Source: Methanotrichaceae archaeon (GTDB lineage Archaea > Halobacteriota > Methanosarcinia > Methanotrichales > Methanotrichaceae). Taken from it: 64,000 nt of DNA. A model generated the notes under the pieces. It searched no databases. It saw nothing but the letters and a program-made list of their open reading frames with translations, and was not told the origin of the DNA. A program made the translations under genes and the position numbers. The DNA lies in the NCBI GenBank assembly GCA_963748825.1, contig CAVVKN010000010.1:32001-96000 (forward strand). The letters run 5' to 3'. Of the stretch, positions 61,429 through 64,000 are shown one piece after another (within the stretch, counting starts at the first letter, position 1; each line of letters begins with the position of its first letter).

Positions 61429-62118
61429 GTGGACGCTGACTCCAAAGCCTGTTCTATCCCGCAATCATGCTCTGAGGTGGAAGTAGACCTCAAGAGGCTG
61501 GACCGCATGCTTCAGGCAGCCCACCGAAGTTCCATCGACATAAAAGATAGCTATGACTTTTATGTCTTGGCCCTGAAGGAGTACAACAAGGAGAACCTCG
61601 CCGAGTCATTTCTCTACTGCGACCGGGCCAGGTACGAGCTTACCTCTGCCATCAACGATTCCAAGATCAAAATCAAAGGCTCTCGATTTCATAGCCTGAG
61701 GACCCTCTCTTACTTCTTCAAGCTCTACGGGCTTTATGCCGTGATCTTCGCTTCTCTTGCCATCATTCTCTTCAGCTTTTTGATCACCAGATTCTCTGAA
61801 GTGAGCGTTCTGGGCGTGCCCCTCTGGTCCTCTTTCTTCGCGGGCCTGGGCTCCTCGGCCCAGATACTGACGGGAGTGGCCGATGACCTGCGCCGCTACG
61901 GCCTGGCCTCGCGCTACAAAAGGCTCTGGTACATGGCCATACCGCTTCTGGCCATGGTCTTCGGCTACATGGCCTATCTGTTCGTCAGCTCCGGCTTCAT
62001 TGCGCTGGACGGCAGCACACAGAGCCGGGAGTTTTCCATCATGTTCATCTGCTTCTTGACGGGATTTCTCACCAAATGGATGATTGGCTGGCTCTCGCGA
62101 ATGTCCAGGGACATTTAG
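61429..62118 (+). CDS. Hypothetical membrane protein (helical N-terminus, 4 C-terminal TM segments)
   Basis: Hydrophobic segments in the C-terminal half; upstream TATTTATATT. Confidence 0.75.
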   Translation: MDADSKACSIPQSCSEVEVDLKRLDRMLQAAHRSSIDIKDSYDFYVLALKEYNKENLAESFLYCDRARYELTSAINDSKIKIKGSRFHSLRTLSYFFKLYGLYAVIFASLAIILFSFLITRFSEVSVLGVPLWSSFFAGLGSSAQILTGVADDLRRYGLASRYKRLWYMAIPLLAMVFGYMAYLFVSSGFIALDGSTQSREFSIMFICFLTGFLTKWMIGWLSRMSRDI

Positions 62119-62142
62119 AGGTATTCAGCAATCTAGAGGTAT

Positions 62143-63139
62143 TCAACACGGCACAGCCACGTAGATATTGTGCTTGTTGCTGACAATCTGCACCCGCACG
62201 CTGCCCTGCTTGATGGGGCAGTCCACCACCGAAACCACCCGGTTTTTCGCAACGCCCAATTGTTCACCGCTCACCCAGCCCGGTGCCTTGATCTCCACCC
62301 AGGTCTTCTCCTTCTTCTCAAAGACCGTGGGAATCACAGGCCGCCGCTCAATCTTGAAGTCCTGCGCCTTGAGGCGAAGGGGAATGGAGAACTGCTTCTC
62401 CCACTCGGCCATGCTGCGATTGTAAAATTGCCACCAGTTCTGGGCCTTGACCTTGCCCGGCGAGCGGCCCAGCCGGTAGTGCTCAAACTTCTGGATGCCC
62501 AGGGGCGGCCACCTCTTTCCCGCGCCGATCTCCAGGGCGAAGCTGATCAGCTCCGGCATGTCTTCGTCGTTGATGCCCGGAATTAAAACGGGCGCAATCA
62601 AAAGGTCGATTTTGCTTTCGGCAATGCTTTTTGCCGCCTGCTTTATTTTTTCAATATCAAAGCCGGGCATGCCCGCGAGAAAGGCCGCCTTCTCCGGCTC
62701 CAGAGAGTGAATGGAAAGGTTGATCCGATCCAGGCCTGCCTCTTCCAGCGCCCGAATTCGCTCTTCATCGAGCAAGGGTGCCGTTGCTCTGCATGGAGAC
62801 GACGCTGACCTCTTTTATTGCCTTGAGCCGTTGCACCAGATGCACAATATCTGGATAGAGCATAGGCTCGCCGGGTGAATCGATGTGGCACTCCACTCCA
62901 GGCCCCTTGAAGGGGGCGATCTCCTCCACCGCCTCCATCAGATAGTCCAGCTCCACCTGGTAGTCGGTCACGCGCGAGCGGGAGTGCGGCCCCGCATCCA
63001 CCGAGCAGAAGGGGCAATTGAGATTGCAGCCGCAGCTCGGCCTGATCTGCAGCAGGCTGCTGCCCCGGTCGACCACACCGAAGTAGATACATCCCACCAA
63101 TGGGATGCCCGATTGACGAGTTATATGAAAGAGCGACAT
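62143..63139 (-). pseudogene. Radical SAM protein with C-terminal TRAM-like domain; single +1 frameshift near 62776 (possibly a sequencing error)
   Basis: CNLNCPFCSVD, GEPMLY, SMQSNGT then LDEERI...RINLSIHSL in the next frame; extra C in ACCCTTG. Confidence 0.8.
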
Positions 63140-63374
63140 TTGAGATCCTTTGCAGCGATCAATTCCGCTCACCAGCTTTAATGGCTTTCCATTGATACCG
63201 CTTCCGAGCAGTTCGCATTTAATCCTACCGTCTCTTCCTTTGGGAAGCCGCGCGCGGTGAAACGCGCGAGAGAGCTCGGGCGCTCTTAACGCCGGGCAGG
63301 CTTGGAAACAATACGACGGAAGCAGTTGATGGGATTGGAGGCTTTATAGAAGAGTCTTCAGAAAACGTCCAACA

Positions 63375-63683
63375 TTATGGCTCATCATCGTTGTCATTTC
63401 TTTCAGGAGAACCGTCATTTACCAGCAAATCAGGATAATTCAAGGCAGTCTTTTCCAAAACGTAAGATGCTTTTTCATCAACAATCATATAGACGATGAC
63501 AAAGGGATTGACATGAATGCCTCTTGCCATCTTTAATCGGTACCTTTTTGGCTCACCTATTTCCGGATTATCTAATATTTGATCAATCTTCTTGATTGCC
63601 CTTTCCCGCAGTTTTCTGTCTTTCCGGGTCAACTTCTCGAACTGATTGATAAAATCCGGTACGGGCTCATACTTGAATCTCAT
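63375..63683 (-). CDS. RelE/ParE family toxin (possibly with an internal deletion)
   Basis: FINQFEKLTRKDRKLRERAIKKIDQILDNPEIGEP...HVNPFVIVY; paralog of 17947-18213. Confidence 0.75.
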   Translation of the reverse strand: MRFKYEPVPDFINQFEKLTRKDRKLRERAIKKIDQILDNPEIGEPKRYRLKMARGIHVNPFVIVYMIVDEKASYVLEKTALNYPDLLVNDGSPERNDNDDEP

Positions 63684-63692
63684 AAAATAAAA

Positions 63693-63887
63693 TTAGAGAT
63701 TTCTTAGATAGTTCAGAAACTCCTCTTTGTCGTCAAAGGTTCTGCCAAGGCCAGCCTCGAACTGCTTAATCGATCTTCTAATATGGGCCTCAAATTCTGT
63801 GAGCTTTTGTGCCTCTTCATCGGTTAGCGGCCTCTCTATTTCCTCGGCAGTTATGGCCTGTTTTGCCTTCAGACTGTCTGAGCACAT
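63693..63887 (-). CDS. Antitoxin of a RelE-type toxin-antitoxin pair
   Basis: 64-aa acidic ORF directly upstream of the toxin; ends AGLGRTFDDKEEFLNYLRNL. Confidence 0.72.
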   Translation of the reverse strand: MCSDSLKAKQAITAEEIERPLTDEEAQKLTEFEAHIRRSIKQFEAGLGRTFDDKEEFLNYLRNL

Positions 63888-64000
63888 TTATTATTGAATC
63901 TCCTGGGCTTTTGGGATTTGCTGCGATTAATAATAAGTGCACTTGATACATGAACTTATCTAAAGCTTAAATGAAGGTTATGCTTCAGAACCGTTTGCGT

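Noticed and set aside
62760-62790. Radical SAM frameshift as a regulatory recoding site
   Set aside because: A single extra C in a short homopolymer of an otherwise conserved gene; most simply a sequencing error or recent mutation

Overview
Archaeal chromosomal window from a Methanothrix/Methanosaeta-like methanogen (Methanotrichaceae-type 16S rRNA signature). It opens with a minus-strand 16S-tRNA(Ala)-23S rRNA operon (23S runs off the left edge). Most of the rest is housekeeping genes (aconitase, tgtA/arcS, ilvA, rqcH, mat, comDE with methanogenesis marker 16, glgP, mobB, gpmI, pcm) interspersed with accessory and defence loci. These are: (i) an AT-rich RHH + RelA/SpoT small-alarmone-synthetase-like cassette between the two archaeosine genes; (ii) two paralogous RelE-type toxin-antitoxin pairs, one bracketed by a duplicated gene end; (iii) the best candidate for a novel system, a two-gene NLR-like module at 18.6-21.5 kb, in which a small Bell/HeLo-like helical effector and a STAND NTPase-HAT/TPR receptor share a matching amyloid-type signalling motif, and which is silenced here by an IS66-like insertion, a 1-nt deletion and an 8-bp duplication; (iv) a type I R-M island (hsdM-DUF1016-hsdS::IS4-RloC-like ATPase/HEPN-hsdR) with many frameshifts. 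No CRISPR array was found. All protein calls come from motif recognition by eye, and some frameshifts may be assembly errors.
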